DNA from: Hyphomicrobium sp.
GTDB lineage: Bacteria > Pseudomonadota > Alphaproteobacteria > Rhizobiales > Hyphomicrobiaceae
DNA length: 64,000 nucleotides
Reading direction: 5' to 3'
Assembly: GCA_036823975.1 (NCBI GenBank)
Contig: DAITBB010000008.1
Location: 1,084 to 65,083, forward strand
Below, piece after piece: positions 10,972-20,519 of the stretch. The translations under genes and the position numbers were made by a program. Under the pieces are notes generated by a model. The model was given only the letters and a program-made list of their open reading frames with translations. It was not told the DNA's origin and did no database searches. Every line of letters starts with the position of its first letter. The stretch's first letter is position 1.

Positions 10972-11931
10972 CTAGAGATCGAGCGTGATGTGTGATCCCT
11001 TGATGCGGGAGACGCAGATCATGATCTTGCGGCCGGCCTGCTTTTCCTCGTCGGTGAGGTAGTGGTCGTAGTGGAGGATGTTCCCCTCGCAGTTGACGAC
11101 GGCGGTCTCGCACTGACCGCACGCGCCCCCGCGGCACAGATACGGCGGATTGAGCCCGGCGGACTCGAGGGCGTGCAGGATGCTCTCGTCCTCCTGCACA
11201 CGAACGGTTCTTTGAGACTGAGTGAGCACGACGTCGAAGGGCAGGCCGCCGCGCGGGGCGGTGAAATGCTCGGAATGCACGTGCTGGCTCGGCCAGCCGG
11301 CTTCCTTCGCCAGCCGCAGCACGTCCTCGATCATGGCGTCGGGGCCGCAGACGTAGAGGTGCGTGCCGAGCGGCTGCTGCGGCAGGAGCCCGGCCAGGTC
11401 GATGCGGCGCGACGAGACGGTCTGGTAGTGATGCAATTTGCGGCCGTGCTTCTGCTTGAGCTCGTCCACGTAGGCGCCCGAGCTCGGCGTGCGTGTCGAA
11501 TAGTGCAGCTCGTAAGGGGCGCCGATGGCAAAGAGCTGGTCGGCCATGGCCATGATGGGCGTGATACCGATGCCGCCGGCGATCAGCAGATGCTTGCGCG
11601 CGCGCAGATCGATCGGGAACAGATTGTACGGGTGGGTGATCGACAGCTGCGCGCCTTCGTAAAGGCGCTCGTGGATGAACTGCGAGCCGCCGCGGGACTG
11701 GGTCGTCCTGAGGACGCTGATCTCGTAGCCGCTGGTATCACCGAGGGGACCCATCAAGGAATAGGCGTTCCTGATCGTCCGGTCGCCGTCGCGTAGTTTG
11801 AGGACGACGTGGGAGCCGGCCGAGAACGTGGGCAGCGGCTGGCCGTCAACCGGAACGAATCGGATCCGCTTGATGCGCTCGGCCACGGTCTCTATGCGCG
11901 CAACGCGGACGGAAATTTCAGCGCTGCTCAT
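10972..11931 (-). CDS. dmmB: PDR/VanB-family flavin/2Fe-2S reductase, DmmB copy 1
   Basis: RNAYSL, SRGGS, AGGIGITP, YVCGP, CRGGACGQC...C ferredoxin motif. Confidence 0.9.
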   Translation of the reverse strand: MSSAEISVRVARIETVAERIKRIRFVPVDGQPLPTFSAGSHVVLKLRDGDRTIRNAYSLMGPLGDTSGYEISVLRTTQSRGGSQFIHERLYEGAQLSITHPYNLFPIDLRARKHLLIAGGIGITPIMAMADQLFAIGAPYELHYSTRTPSSGAYVDELKQKHGRKLHHYQTVSSRRIDLAGLLPQQPLGTHLYVCGPDAMIEDVLRLAKEAGWPSQHVHSEHFTAPRGGLPFDVVLTQSQRTVRVQEDESILHALESAGLNPPYLCRGGACGQCETAVVNCEGNILHYDHYLTDEEKQAGRKIMICVSRIKGSHITLDL

Positions 11932-12536
11932 TTGAACACCTCGTCGATGGGCGGAAGATCTCCAGGCACCTCGGCGTCGGCGCAGACGCCCTGAAATGCC
12001 GCGTGCCGCTTCGAATAGTGATCGCGAACGAGCAGGTTCGTGTCGCAATGCGCGCACTTCACGATGCTGGTCGTGACGTGCTCGGTGAACCCTTTGCAGT
12101 GCACGCACTGCACGCGGCGGGCGTGCGTGCCGCGGTGTTCGGTCAGCACCGTTTGCGGGTCCATGCCGCACTGCTGCGCGATCTGGACGGTGAGGCCGAT
12201 CAGGGTCTCGCTTCCGGCCGCGTAGATGCGCGTGCCCATGCGCGCGCGGCCGAGAACGGCTCTCAGGCGCTGCATGGCGGTGGCCAGCGTGGGCATGGCG
12301 TGTACGACGTCGACCGGGAGCTCCTGCAGGCGGACCGCGCTGTTGGCGGTGGGCTCGGTCCGGGCGTAGACGATATCGATGCGACCTTTGATCTCGGACC
12401 CGTCCCGGGCGAAGAGGTCGAGTATGGCCTGCGCGCCATCGCCGTCGGCGGCGAACACGTGATGGTGGGCGTAGCAATCGGCAGTCAAGCCGGGGTACTT
12501 TGGTCTGCTTTTGATGCCTTCGATGAGCATCGACAT
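11928..12536 (-). CDS. dmmA: dimethylamine monooxygenase subunit DmmA, copy 1
   Basis: IKSRPxY N-terminus; RRVQCVHCKG...CAHC...LLVRDHYS...FQGVC..AE C-terminus; ATGA-coupled to dmmB. Confidence 0.88.
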   Translation of the reverse strand: MSMLIEGIKSRPKYPGLTADCYAHHHVFAADGDGAQAILDLFARDGSEIKGRIDIVYARTEPTANSAVRLQELPVDVVHAMPTLATAMQRLRAVLGRARMGTRIYAAGSETLIGLTVQIAQQCGMDPQTVLTEHRGTHARRVQCVHCKGFTEHVTTSIVKCAHCDTNLLVRDHYSKRHAAFQGVCADAEVPGDLPPIDEVFK

Positions 12537-12666
12537 GTCCTCCGCGATGTTTTCTTCTTGTTGGCTTCGCCGATAGGCCGGTCCGGGTCGGATCGGCGTT
12601 GCCGCTTGTCCTGATCGTTTGCAGCGGCCGGGTGGGCGGCGGCGCTTGTCCGCCGCCCGTGTGCCG

Positions 12667-14451
12667 TCAGGCCGGCAACTGGAAGATCCAGTTCGCCGCG
12701 AGAACGACCGTGATGCCCGCGATCAGCGTCAGGTAAGGCAGGATGCCCGCCTTCCGGACTTTGAGCTCGTCCTGAGTGAGGTTCAGGTCGGCCAGCATGT
12801 TCGGCGGGAATTTGCCGCGGTCCTGCACATAGTGGCGATAGATGAAGACCGGGATGATCAGCCCTGCCGCGATCAGTCCCGCCCACAGCGCCACCGGGTT
12901 CCAGACTTTGGCGCCCGCGCCGAGAAACACCGCGTTGACGAACGCGAAGCAGGTGCCGAGTACCAGCAGGAACGTCGGAGCCTTCCACGGACGCGGAATG
13001 TGGCCGTTATCGATGCGATGGATCCAACCCGAGTTGAGGTTGAGGAAGTTGAAGATGATGTAGCAGCAGTTGGAAACGGCGAGGATGAAGAAGTAGCTCG
13101 TCGCGTCGGCGGCTGCGATGGCGAGGAGCCCGACGTTGAACACGAGGTCGGTCCACATGGCGGCCGTCGGCGCGCCGTGCGTGTTCACCCGCGACAGGTA
13201 GCGCGGCAGCCAGCCGTCGACGGAGCCCTGGTAAAGCGTCCGAGCCGAGCCGGCCATCGCCGTCATGATGGCGAGCATCAAGGCGAAGATCATCATCATG
13301 ACCATGGCGGAAGTGATGAACCCGCCGCTGCCGCCGCTGACCATGCGGCCCATCGCTTCGGCCACGCCCGAGCCGTCGACGATTGAGTCCTCGAGCATGC
13401 CGTTGAGGCCGAGCACGCCCTGGAACGTGAACGGCACCAGCGTGTAGAGCACGAGGCACAGCAGGCCGGAAAAGAAGATCGCCCGGAAGGTGTCGGTCTT
13501 GGGGTCCTTGAACTCGCTCGTATAGCAGATGGCCGTCTCGAAGGCGTAGGTCGACCAGGCGGCGATGAACATGCCGCCAAGCACAAGCGTCCAGCCGCTG
13601 ATGCTCCATTCGCCGTGGGTCGGCACGTAGGCCTCCTGCAGCGGAACGAGCGGCGTGTAGTTGTCCCAGTTGATCTGGCCGGTGATGATCGGCGCGATGC
13701 CGACGATCAGCATCGGAATGATGACCACGAGCCCGATGAGCTTCTGCACGTTGGCAGTGCCGAGGATGCCGCGGTGCTGGATGGCGAACGTGAGCAGCAT
13801 CAGGACGACGCCGATGAAGAACGTCCAGTTGAGCGAGAACGAGACCGGACCGATGCTGCCCGCGGCAAGCGTCCAGTTGCGGAAGGCGGGTGTCAGCGCC
13901 GCCACGCCATCCTGTACGAGCAGCGCCGTGACGGCGTCGGCCGGCGTCTTGCCGGCATTGGCTGCGAGCCATTCCGCGACCCGCGAGCTGTCGGCTGTGA
14001 TGGAGCCGGCGTTGGCCTGTACCCAGGCCAGAACCTCGGGCGATTCCGCGCCGGGGATGGGCCCGAGAGCATTCAGAATATAGGCCGCCGCGATCGAGCA
14101 GCCGAGCGACAGCACGGGCGTCCAGGCGAGCCAGTTGCACCAGACCGAGAGCGGGGCAATCAGCTTCGAGTAACGCACCCAGGCAGAGGCGCCGTAGACC
14201 GATGCGCCGCCGGATTTATTGGGAAAGAGGCCTGCGATCTCAGCGTAGGTGAACGACTGGATGAAACCCATGCACATGCTGGCGAACCAGACGAGGAACG
14301 CGACATTGCCAGTCGTGCCCGCAATGCCACCGATTGAGAACAGGACAAGAGCGGGAACGCCGCTTGCGACCCAGAATGCCCCCGTCCAATTGATGGTGCG
14401 AAGTAAGGTTGGCGGCTGATCAGCCGTCATCGTCCCCGTTACGATGTTCAT
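12667..14451 (-). CDS. APC-family permease, probably a methylated-amine transporter
   Basis: Many TM segments, YAEIAGLFPNKSGGA, WSTYAFET, RPWKAP; first gene of the dmm operon. Confidence 0.88.
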   Translation of the reverse strand: MNIVTGTMTADQPPTLLRTINWTGAFWVASGVPALVLFSIGGIAGTTGNVAFLVWFASMCMGFIQSFTYAEIAGLFPNKSGGASVYGASAWVRYSKLIAPLSVWCNWLAWTPVLSLGCSIAAAYILNALGPIPGAESPEVLAWVQANAGSITADSSRVAEWLAANAGKTPADAVTALLVQDGVAALTPAFRNWTLAAGSIGPVSFSLNWTFFIGVVLMLLTFAIQHRGILGTANVQKLIGLVVIIPMLIVGIAPIITGQINWDNYTPLVPLQEAYVPTHGEWSISGWTLVLGGMFIAAWSTYAFETAICYTSEFKDPKTDTFRAIFFSGLLCLVLYTLVPFTFQGVLGLNGMLEDSIVDGSGVAEAMGRMVSGGSGGFITSAMVMMMIFALMLAIMTAMAGSARTLYQGSVDGWLPRYLSRVNTHGAPTAAMWTDLVFNVGLLAIAAADATSYFFILAVSNCCYIIFNFLNLNSGWIHRIDNGHIPRPWKAPTFLLVLGTCFAFVNAVFLGAGAKVWNPVALWAGLIAAGLIIPVFIYRHYVQDRGKFPPNMLADLNLTQDELKVRKAGILPYLTLIAGITVVLAANWIFQLPA

Positions 14452-14593
14452 TGTTTCCGTTCCCTATAAACATTTCGGTCTTCTTTTGCTGAAAGCCGTC
14501 GCGTCTTTTGCCTCTCGGCTGGCTGGAAATGGAGGCTGGACCAGAACGAACCAAAGCTTCCCAAAACACCCCAAGCCTGCGGCAGCTTGCCCC

Positions 14594-14645
14594 ACTATAG
14601 TTCAACGACGATCCGCATCAATAAAAAAATATTCTTACGAGGAAA
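14594..14645 (-). promoter_or_regulatory. sigma70-type promoter plus TTC-N7-GAAA operator for the permease-dmm operon
   Basis: TTGATG-N16-TATAGT on the minus strand (14621-14594); ATTCTTACGAGGAAA at 14631-14645. Confidence 0.5.
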
Positions 14646-14823
14646 CTTTCCGAGTCGGAGACGGCGTTGAAAATGGGACTATCAGGCGTGTGTCCTTGAT
14701 TTTCTACCGGAAATCGCGTTATTGGTTGGATATGGGCCGATATGGTCCGGTTTGCTTGGTCCTGGCTAGTGCTCGGGGGCCGGATTGGCTCCGCCGAGAA
14801 CGTAAAAAGGCGAAACAGTCCCC

Positions 14824-15615
14824 ATGCCATTATCGACATTTGATGAAGCCGTTGCCTCGGCCTCGGAGGTTCCGCCCTGGGAGCGCGATGTCGCTTCTCA
14901 GCCTTTTGTGAAACAGGCGGTCAAAACAATTGCCGGGGGAATTTTTGCGCGCATCGCGGCGGGCGAGCTTTCGTACGGAACGCGCCTCCCTTCGGAGCGC
15001 GAGCTTGCCGAAGCCTTCTCGGCGTCGCGCAATATTGTGCGTCAGGCGCTCGAGTTCCTCGAGCTGTACGGCGTCGTTGCGCGGCGCGCTGGAGCCGGCG
15101 CCTTTGTCAAATACCGCATGGGTATGAAGGACGGGCAAGGCGAGGGGGAGCAGGCCGGCTTGATCAACATCTCCGCCATCGCGGAGACGGTTTCGCCCTT
15201 CGAGATGAGCGTCGCGGAATCCATCATCGAGCCGGAGATCGCGCGCCTGGCCACGATCTACATGTCCATGCGGGATCTGGCGCTCCTGCGGTCGCTTCTG
15301 GAGGAGTTGGAAGCGATCGTGACGGACGCCGATCGGTTCGCCCATCTCGAAAGGCAGTTCATGAATGTGCTCTGCCATGGCACGCATAACTCCGCTGTCA
15401 TAACGATGTACCGTGTGCTTCATGAGGTGCGCAAACAGCCGGAATGGTGCGCTCTCAAGAAGCTGACGCTCACTCCGGACCGCATCCGCCAAGTGCAGCG
15501 CGCTCTTCAAGCGTTGTGCTCGGCGCTCGAGCGGCGCGACGGCGACAAGGCCGTTGAGTGCATGAGGCTCTACCTGTCGTCCGCTCAGGAAGGCATGATC
15601 CACGCTGCGTCCTGA
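14824..15615 (+). CDS. GntR/FadR-family regulator, paralog 1
   Basis: RLPSERELAEAFSASRNIVRQAL wHTH plus FCD-like domain (THNS). Confidence 0.88.
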   Translation: MPLSTFDEAVASASEVPPWERDVASQPFVKQAVKTIAGGIFARIAAGELSYGTRLPSERELAEAFSASRNIVRQALEFLELYGVVARRAGAGAFVKYRMGMKDGQGEGEQAGLINISAIAETVSPFEMSVAESIIEPEIARLATIYMSMRDLALLRSLLEELEAIVTDADRFAHLERQFMNVLCHGTHNSAVITMYRVLHEVRKQPEWCALKKLTLTPDRIRQVQRALQALCSALERRDGDKAVECMRLYLSSAQEGMIHAAS

Positions 15616-15699
15616 CAACCATGGGCGGCATCCTGCCTTTAAGAAGATTGACCTGGGTTTGACATCGAGGGTGCGGTGTGGCGCGCGGAATCGCGGCAC

Positions 15700-16839
15700 T
15701 CAGCGGACAGAGGCGAGGATGCGCGGCGGGTGTGTCCGCAGGCGCAGCGGGTCATAGAACGGCATCTTCACGACAACGGCGGGGAAGTTTCCGTTGTCCT
15801 CGACCGTCAACTCCGTTCCGAGCTTGGTGAAATCGGGGGCGATTTGCGCCATGGCGAGCGACTTCATCAAATGCTGAGAGAAAGTGGTGCTGGTGACGAC
15901 GCCGACGTCCTTGCCATCTGCCGTGACCTTCGCGCCCGGCGCGATCGCACGGTCCGCTTCGACCTCGAGCCCGGTGATGAGGGAGCGTTCCTTGTCTCTC
16001 GAGGCTTGGAGAGCCTTCTTGCCGATGAAGTCCGGCTTGGAGAGGTCGACCGTCCAGTCCGCTCGCACTTCCCACGGGGTGGTGTCGGGGTAGGGCATGT
16101 CGAAGGGAAAGAACAGGAGCCCGCCTTCGACGCGTACGATGTCGAGGCACGCCCAGGATACCGGGATGACTCCCTTCTCCTTGCCGACCTCGAGGATCGA
16201 ATCCCAGATGAAGGGTGCGTCGGCAGCGGAGCAGAACACCTCATAGCCCCGTTCGCCGGAATACCCGCCGCGGGCGAGGCGGACCGGCTCGCCGAACAGG
16301 GTCGTTTTGCGATGCTCGAAATAGGGAAGGGCGGCAAGGTCGAGCTCCGTGTGCGGGGCGAGCACGTCGAGCGCAGCAGGCCCCTGGAGCGAAAGGATAT
16401 GGACATCGTTGTCCCGCTCGACCTTGACGTCGAACTTGTCGAGCAAGGGGACAATCGCGACCTCGAACGCGCCGCCGCCGTGGGAGACACGGTATTCGTT
16501 GGGGCCGTCCACGTAGATCAGCACGTCGTCGATGAGGCCGCCGTTTTCGTTGACGATGTTCGAGATGTGCGAATCGCCGGCCTTGGCTTTCGTCACGTCG
16601 GTGGTGAGGAGAAGGTTGAGAAACTTCGCGGCATCCGGGCCGGAGACGTTGACCATCCGCAGAGCCGTGACGTCGATCAGGCCGGCACGATAGCGGACTG
16701 CGGCCGTCTCCTCGTAGGGGTCGGTCTTGTAGGTCTGCGGGAGAGGCATGTCGTTCCAGGACGCCACCGAAAGGTCTGCGCCGAGCGCCTTATGCCGATC
16801 GTTGAGGACCGATTGGCGTGTGTGGGTTGTCAGGGTCAT
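15700..16839 (-). CDS. dmmD: aminomethyltransferase (GcvT-like), DmmD copy 2
   Basis: Long blocks shared with 8701-9822 (DNDVHILSLQGPAAL, TTPWEVRADWTVDL, MPFYDPLRLRTHPP). Confidence 0.85.
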   Translation of the reverse strand: MTLTTHTRQSVLNDRHKALGADLSVASWNDMPLPQTYKTDPYEETAAVRYRAGLIDVTALRMVNVSGPDAAKFLNLLLTTDVTKAKAGDSHISNIVNENGGLIDDVLIYVDGPNEYRVSHGGGAFEVAIVPLLDKFDVKVERDNDVHILSLQGPAALDVLAPHTELDLAALPYFEHRKTTLFGEPVRLARGGYSGERGYEVFCSAADAPFIWDSILEVGKEKGVIPVSWACLDIVRVEGGLLFFPFDMPYPDTTPWEVRADWTVDLSKPDFIGKKALQASRDKERSLITGLEVEADRAIAPGAKVTADGKDVGVVTSTTFSQHLMKSLAMAQIAPDFTKLGTELTVEDNGNFPAVVVKMPFYDPLRLRTHPPRILASVR

Positions 16840-16952
16840 CGGATCTGCATCTCCCGCGTGTTTTGATTTTTCGATGGTTCGATCGCGAACCCGTCGATCG
16901 ATCCCTTGGGGTCGGGCTCCATGTTGGGCGAGGGCACGAAGGCCAGAGCCAT
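16836..16952 (-). pseudogene. 38-aa mini-ORF in the dmmC position (possible deletion remnant)
   Basis: MALAFVPSPNMEPDPKGSIDGFAIEPSKNQNTREMQIR*; purine-rich upstream; ATGA overlap with dmmD2; weak likeness to DmmC NIEPHTKG..FPID. Confidence 0.4.
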
Positions 16953-16975
16953 TTCGGCTTTCTTCCTGAGCGCGC

Positions 16976-17938
16976 TCAGAGGTCGAGCGATATGGCGTTG
17001 CCGGAAATGCGCGAGACGCAGATCATGATCTTGCGTCCCGCCGCTTTCTCGGCCTCGGTCAGGTAATGGTCATTGTGCTCGATGAAACCGTCGCATGTAT
17101 CGACCGCGGTCTCGCATTGGCCGCACGCTCCGCCGCGGCATAGGAATGGCGCGTCGATCCCGTTCTGCTCCAGGGCCTCGAGAATGCTCTGGTGCCCGCC
17201 CACCGTGATCTCGCGCGCGGAGCGGGTGAGCTTGACGACGAACGGCCGCCCGCTGGGCGGCGCGGTGAACTGCTCCGAATGAATGTTCTCTTGAGGCCAG
17301 CCCGCGAGCGTGGCGGTGCGGATCGCCCAATCGATCATGGGCTTGGGGCCGCAGACATACATGTGGGCGCCGAGCGGCTGGGCGCCCAGAACGCGCTCCA
17401 GCGGCACGAGTTGATCCTTGTCCTGGGAGTAGATGTTGACGCGGGCACCGTAGCGGTGCTGCAGGAGCGTGCAGAACGCTCCCTCATCCAGCGAGCGTAT
17501 GCCGTAATGCAGCTCGAAGTCGGCGCCGAGCGCATCGAGCTCGCTCATCATCGACATGAATGGCGTGATGCCGATGCCGCCTGCGACGAGGATGTGCCTG
17601 CGCGCCATCTTGACCGGCGGAAAGAGGTTCAGGGGCGCGCTGATCTGGAGCTTGCTGCCGACGCCGACGCGATCGTGCATGTACTCGGACCCTCCGCGCG
17701 AGCCCGGCACTCTGAGCACGCCGATCCCGTAGCTCGACGGGTCCCTCGGATCGCTCAACAGCGAGTAGGGATTGCGGAACATGCGATCCCCGGCGTTCAT
17801 GCACACCGTGATGTGCGAGCCGCCGGAGAACTGCGTTAGCGGCGTTTCGTCCGCGCTGACGAGGCGGAATCGCTTTATGCGGCTCGCCACGGGCTCGACC
17901 TCGGCGACGCGGACGTGGCGTAGGGACGATGTCGTCAT
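16976..17938 (-). CDS. dmmB: PDR/VanB-family reductase, DmmB copy 2
   Basis: RNPYSL, AGGIGITP, YVCGP, CRGGACGQC; paralog of 10972-11931. Confidence 0.88.
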   Translation of the reverse strand: MTTSSLRHVRVAEVEPVASRIKRFRLVSADETPLTQFSGGSHITVCMNAGDRMFRNPYSLLSDPRDPSSYGIGVLRVPGSRGGSEYMHDRVGVGSKLQISAPLNLFPPVKMARRHILVAGGIGITPFMSMMSELDALGADFELHYGIRSLDEGAFCTLLQHRYGARVNIYSQDKDQLVPLERVLGAQPLGAHMYVCGPKPMIDWAIRTATLAGWPQENIHSEQFTAPPSGRPFVVKLTRSAREITVGGHQSILEALEQNGIDAPFLCRGGACGQCETAVDTCDGFIEHNDHYLTEAEKAAGRKIMICVSRISGNAISLDL

Positions 17939-18540
17939 TGGAACTCCACCTTGGGCTCGGGCTTGTCATCCGGGTCTTCGGCGTTGATGCAGACGCCCTG
18001 AAAGGCGGCGAGACGGCGCGAAAAGTGATCGCGCACGAGAAGCAACAGGCCGCAATGGGTGCACGTCACCGGATTGGTCGTGACGTTCTCGATCATGCCT
18101 TTGCAGTGGACGCATTGGACGCGGCGCTTGAGCGAGCCGCGATGCTCGGTCCGTACGGACAAGGGATCGATGAAATGCTTCGCGCCTGTTTGTACGACGA
18201 GGCCGATCAGCGGCTCCGTGCCAGCCACGTAGAGCCTGAGGCCCATGCTGGCCGAGGCGAGGACGGCATCAAGGCGCGCGATCGCCACTGCGAGATCGGG
18301 TGCGACGTCGGTGTGAACCGGGGCGAGGCGCGCGATGATCGCGTCGATGTCCGCGTCGCTCAGGTCCTCGCGAACGAGAATGACGCTGGCGCGGCGGGCG
18401 AATTCCGTGTCGGCCCGCGCGAGAAGCTCGGCCGCAGCCCTGGCGCCGCCGGTGTCGCAGACGATGAGGTTGGAGCGGGCGTTGGGGTCCGGGCTGAGAC
18501 CAGCATAGACGGGCCGGCTTTTAATTCCGCTCACAAGCAT
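17935..18540 (-). CDS. dmmA: DmmA copy 2
   Basis: GIKSRPVY...RRVQCVHCKG...CTHCG.LLLVRDHFSRRLAAFQGVCINAEDP. Confidence 0.88.
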   Translation of the reverse strand: MLVSGIKSRPVYAGLSPDPNARSNLIVCDTGGARAAAELLARADTEFARRASVILVREDLSDADIDAIIARLAPVHTDVAPDLAVAIARLDAVLASASMGLRLYVAGTEPLIGLVVQTGAKHFIDPLSVRTEHRGSLKRRVQCVHCKGMIENVTTNPVTCTHCGLLLLVRDHFSRRLAAFQGVCINAEDPDDKPEPKVEFQ

Positions 18541-18990
18541 CGGGTCTCGACCTCGCTTCCGTAAAAATCAGCGTTGACGACAGCAGAGGCGGACTGAGCA
18601 GGGGACGCTCAGGCCGCCGGATCTCACATCCGAGGTTGAAGCGGACGTGGTCCGGTTGGCGGCGACGTGCTGAGAAATGGGCGAAAACCAATTTCAACCA
18701 ATTTAAGCCTCTCACCCTCAGCTGCGACATTTTAGCCAGCGAAAAATTTCTCGCAAGTCATAAGTCTTTATCCAAAAGAAATAAATTTGCCATCTGAGCA
18801 AGTGCACAATTGCTATTCATTTGGAGTTTCCGTGACCTAGGTCGGGGATGCTGCAGGCGCGAACTCAATTGGTTTTTTTTGGTTTCTATTGGTGTCAATC
18901 GTGTGGGAGGGTGCTAAGTTTCTGTTCAAGCTCGAGTGTGCGGCATCACGAGATCGCCCCGGGGCAATCCGGCGGCGGAAGCGAGGGGAC

Positions 18991-19752
18991 ATGGAGGCGA
19001 ACCGCGACTGGGCTGATGTGACCGCCCAAGGGCTCCGGGCCATGGCATCGGCCGACTACAAAAAGGCGGCGGCATGCTGGGAGGATGCTCTCGCACTTCT
19101 CGCGCGACCCGACGGCCCGGATCCGAGGCTTGCCGCAAGCCAGTCGAACGCCGGCGTTGGATGCATTCTCGTGGGGCGCGCGGACGACGGTTACGCGCTG
19201 TTCTGTGAGGCGGAGCGGACCTGGAGCCTCCTCCCACCTCTGATCGCGATGTTGGACGTTTCCCTTCCTGGAACGAGCTCGCTGTTTCACTTCCACCTGG
19301 CGTCGAGGAATCTCCCGGCCTTCCAGAACAGGCGGCGGAAACGATATGCGGAGCTGTGTGCGGCGAGCCTGGCCATCACGCGGTTCAATCGGCTTCTGGC
19401 GACAGAGCCGCGGCCCGATGACGAGCTCGTCGAGCCGGCCGCGCGCGAGCTTGCGGACGATCTGTCGGCGACGCTCGGGGCCCGTGCGCCCGAGGTTGGG
19501 CTGCTGTCCTTCCGGGCGGCATATGCCGGAGAGTCCGTGTCCCCATCGTTGCTCTACGCCGAGAAGGCCGCGCTCTTGTCGCAGATCTCGACGCCCGACA
19601 GCGAGGCGGACATCTGTTCCAGGTTCGAGGCGGCGTTTGCACGAACGGTGCTTCTCGCGCCGGCTCTTGTTTCACGCGACGCCTCTCCCGGCATAGCCGG
19701 AGAGGGGCCTTCCGCGTTTCATCATCGATGGTCCCGAGCGGTCGAAAAATGA
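18991..19752 (+). CDS. helical-repeat (TPR-like) hypothetical protein
   Basis: RBS GAGGGG; ...AAACWEDALAL....DPRLAASQSNAG... TPR-like pattern; ATGA overlap with the next gene. Confidence 0.65.
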   Translation: MEANRDWADVTAQGLRAMASADYKKAAACWEDALALLARPDGPDPRLAASQSNAGVGCILVGRADDGYALFCEAERTWSLLPPLIAMLDVSLPGTSSLFHFHLASRNLPAFQNRRRKRYAELCAASLAITRFNRLLATEPRPDDELVEPAARELADDLSATLGARAPEVGLLSFRAAYAGESVSPSLLYAEKAALLSQISTPDSEADICSRFEAAFARTVLLAPALVSRDASPGIAGEGPSAFHHRWSRAVEK

Positions 19753-20519
19753 GCGAGAACCGAAATCTTGTCGTGCCGCCCTGGGTCGCTGACGTGTCGC
19801 GGCACCCGCTCGTATCCTCCCAGGCCAAGGACGTCGCGACAAAAATCTTCATGCGAGTCGCGTCCGGGAGCTATCCCTTCGGAACGCGCATTCCCGCAGA
19901 GCGAGAGCTCGCGTCCGAGTTCGGGGCGACTCGCGCGACGATACGCCAGGCGCTCGAATTCCTTGCGGCTTACGACATCGTATCCCGTCGTCCCGGAAGC
20001 GGAACGTTCGCGTCCTACCTGCCGCCGGGAGGGCTGGCGACGGCGCATCCGCAGAGCCTGCTCGATGCGGACGATATCGATCACCTTGCCGAGACGGCAT
20101 CGCCGTTCGCCATGAATGTCGCCGAATCCATTCTTGAGCCGGAGATGGTCCGGCTGGCGACTCTCTACATGTCGACGCGCGATCTCGCCGAGCTCGGCAG
20201 GAATCTCGGGTTGCTCGAAGGTATCGTGACGGAATCGGACGCGTTCGTCCCGCTCGAGGAAGAGTACATGATGACGATCGCGCGCGGTACGCACAACTCG
20301 CTCATCGTTGCGATGTACGCCATCCTGCACGAGGTTCGTCGCCAGCCGCAGTGGGCGGCAAGCCGCCGGCAGATGCTGACGCCGGCGCGCATCCGTAACA
20401 TCCAGCAGCTTCTGCGTTCGCTTTACGATGCAATTGAGCGCCGGGATGTCGAGACGGCTGTCGAGGTGATCAAACTCTATATCGCACACACGCACGAAGA
20501 CATGAGCTACGAGGGGTGA
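19749..20519 (+). CDS. GntR/FadR-family regulator, paralog 2
   Basis: RIPAERELASEFGATRATIRQAL wHTH; ETASPFAMNVAESILEPEMVRLATLYMS closely matches paralog 1. Confidence 0.88.
   Translation: MSENRNLVVPPWVADVSRHPLVSSQAKDVATKIFMRVASGSYPFGTRIPAERELASEFGATRATIRQALEFLAAYDIVSRRPGSGTFASYLPPGGLATAHPQSLLDADDIDHLAETASPFAMNVAESILEPEMVRLATLYMSTRDLAELGRNLGLLEGIVTESDAFVPLEEEYMMTIARGTHNSLIVAMYAILHEVRRQPQWAASRRQMLTPARIRNIQQLLRSLYDAIERRDVETAVEVIKLYIAHTHEDMSYEG

Noticed and set aside
8701..16839. Calling the GcvT-like genes glycine cleavage T protein or TMAO demethylase
   Set aside because: No gcvH/gcvP nearby, and at under 380 aa they are too short to carry the extra N-terminal domain of Tdm; context fits DmmD
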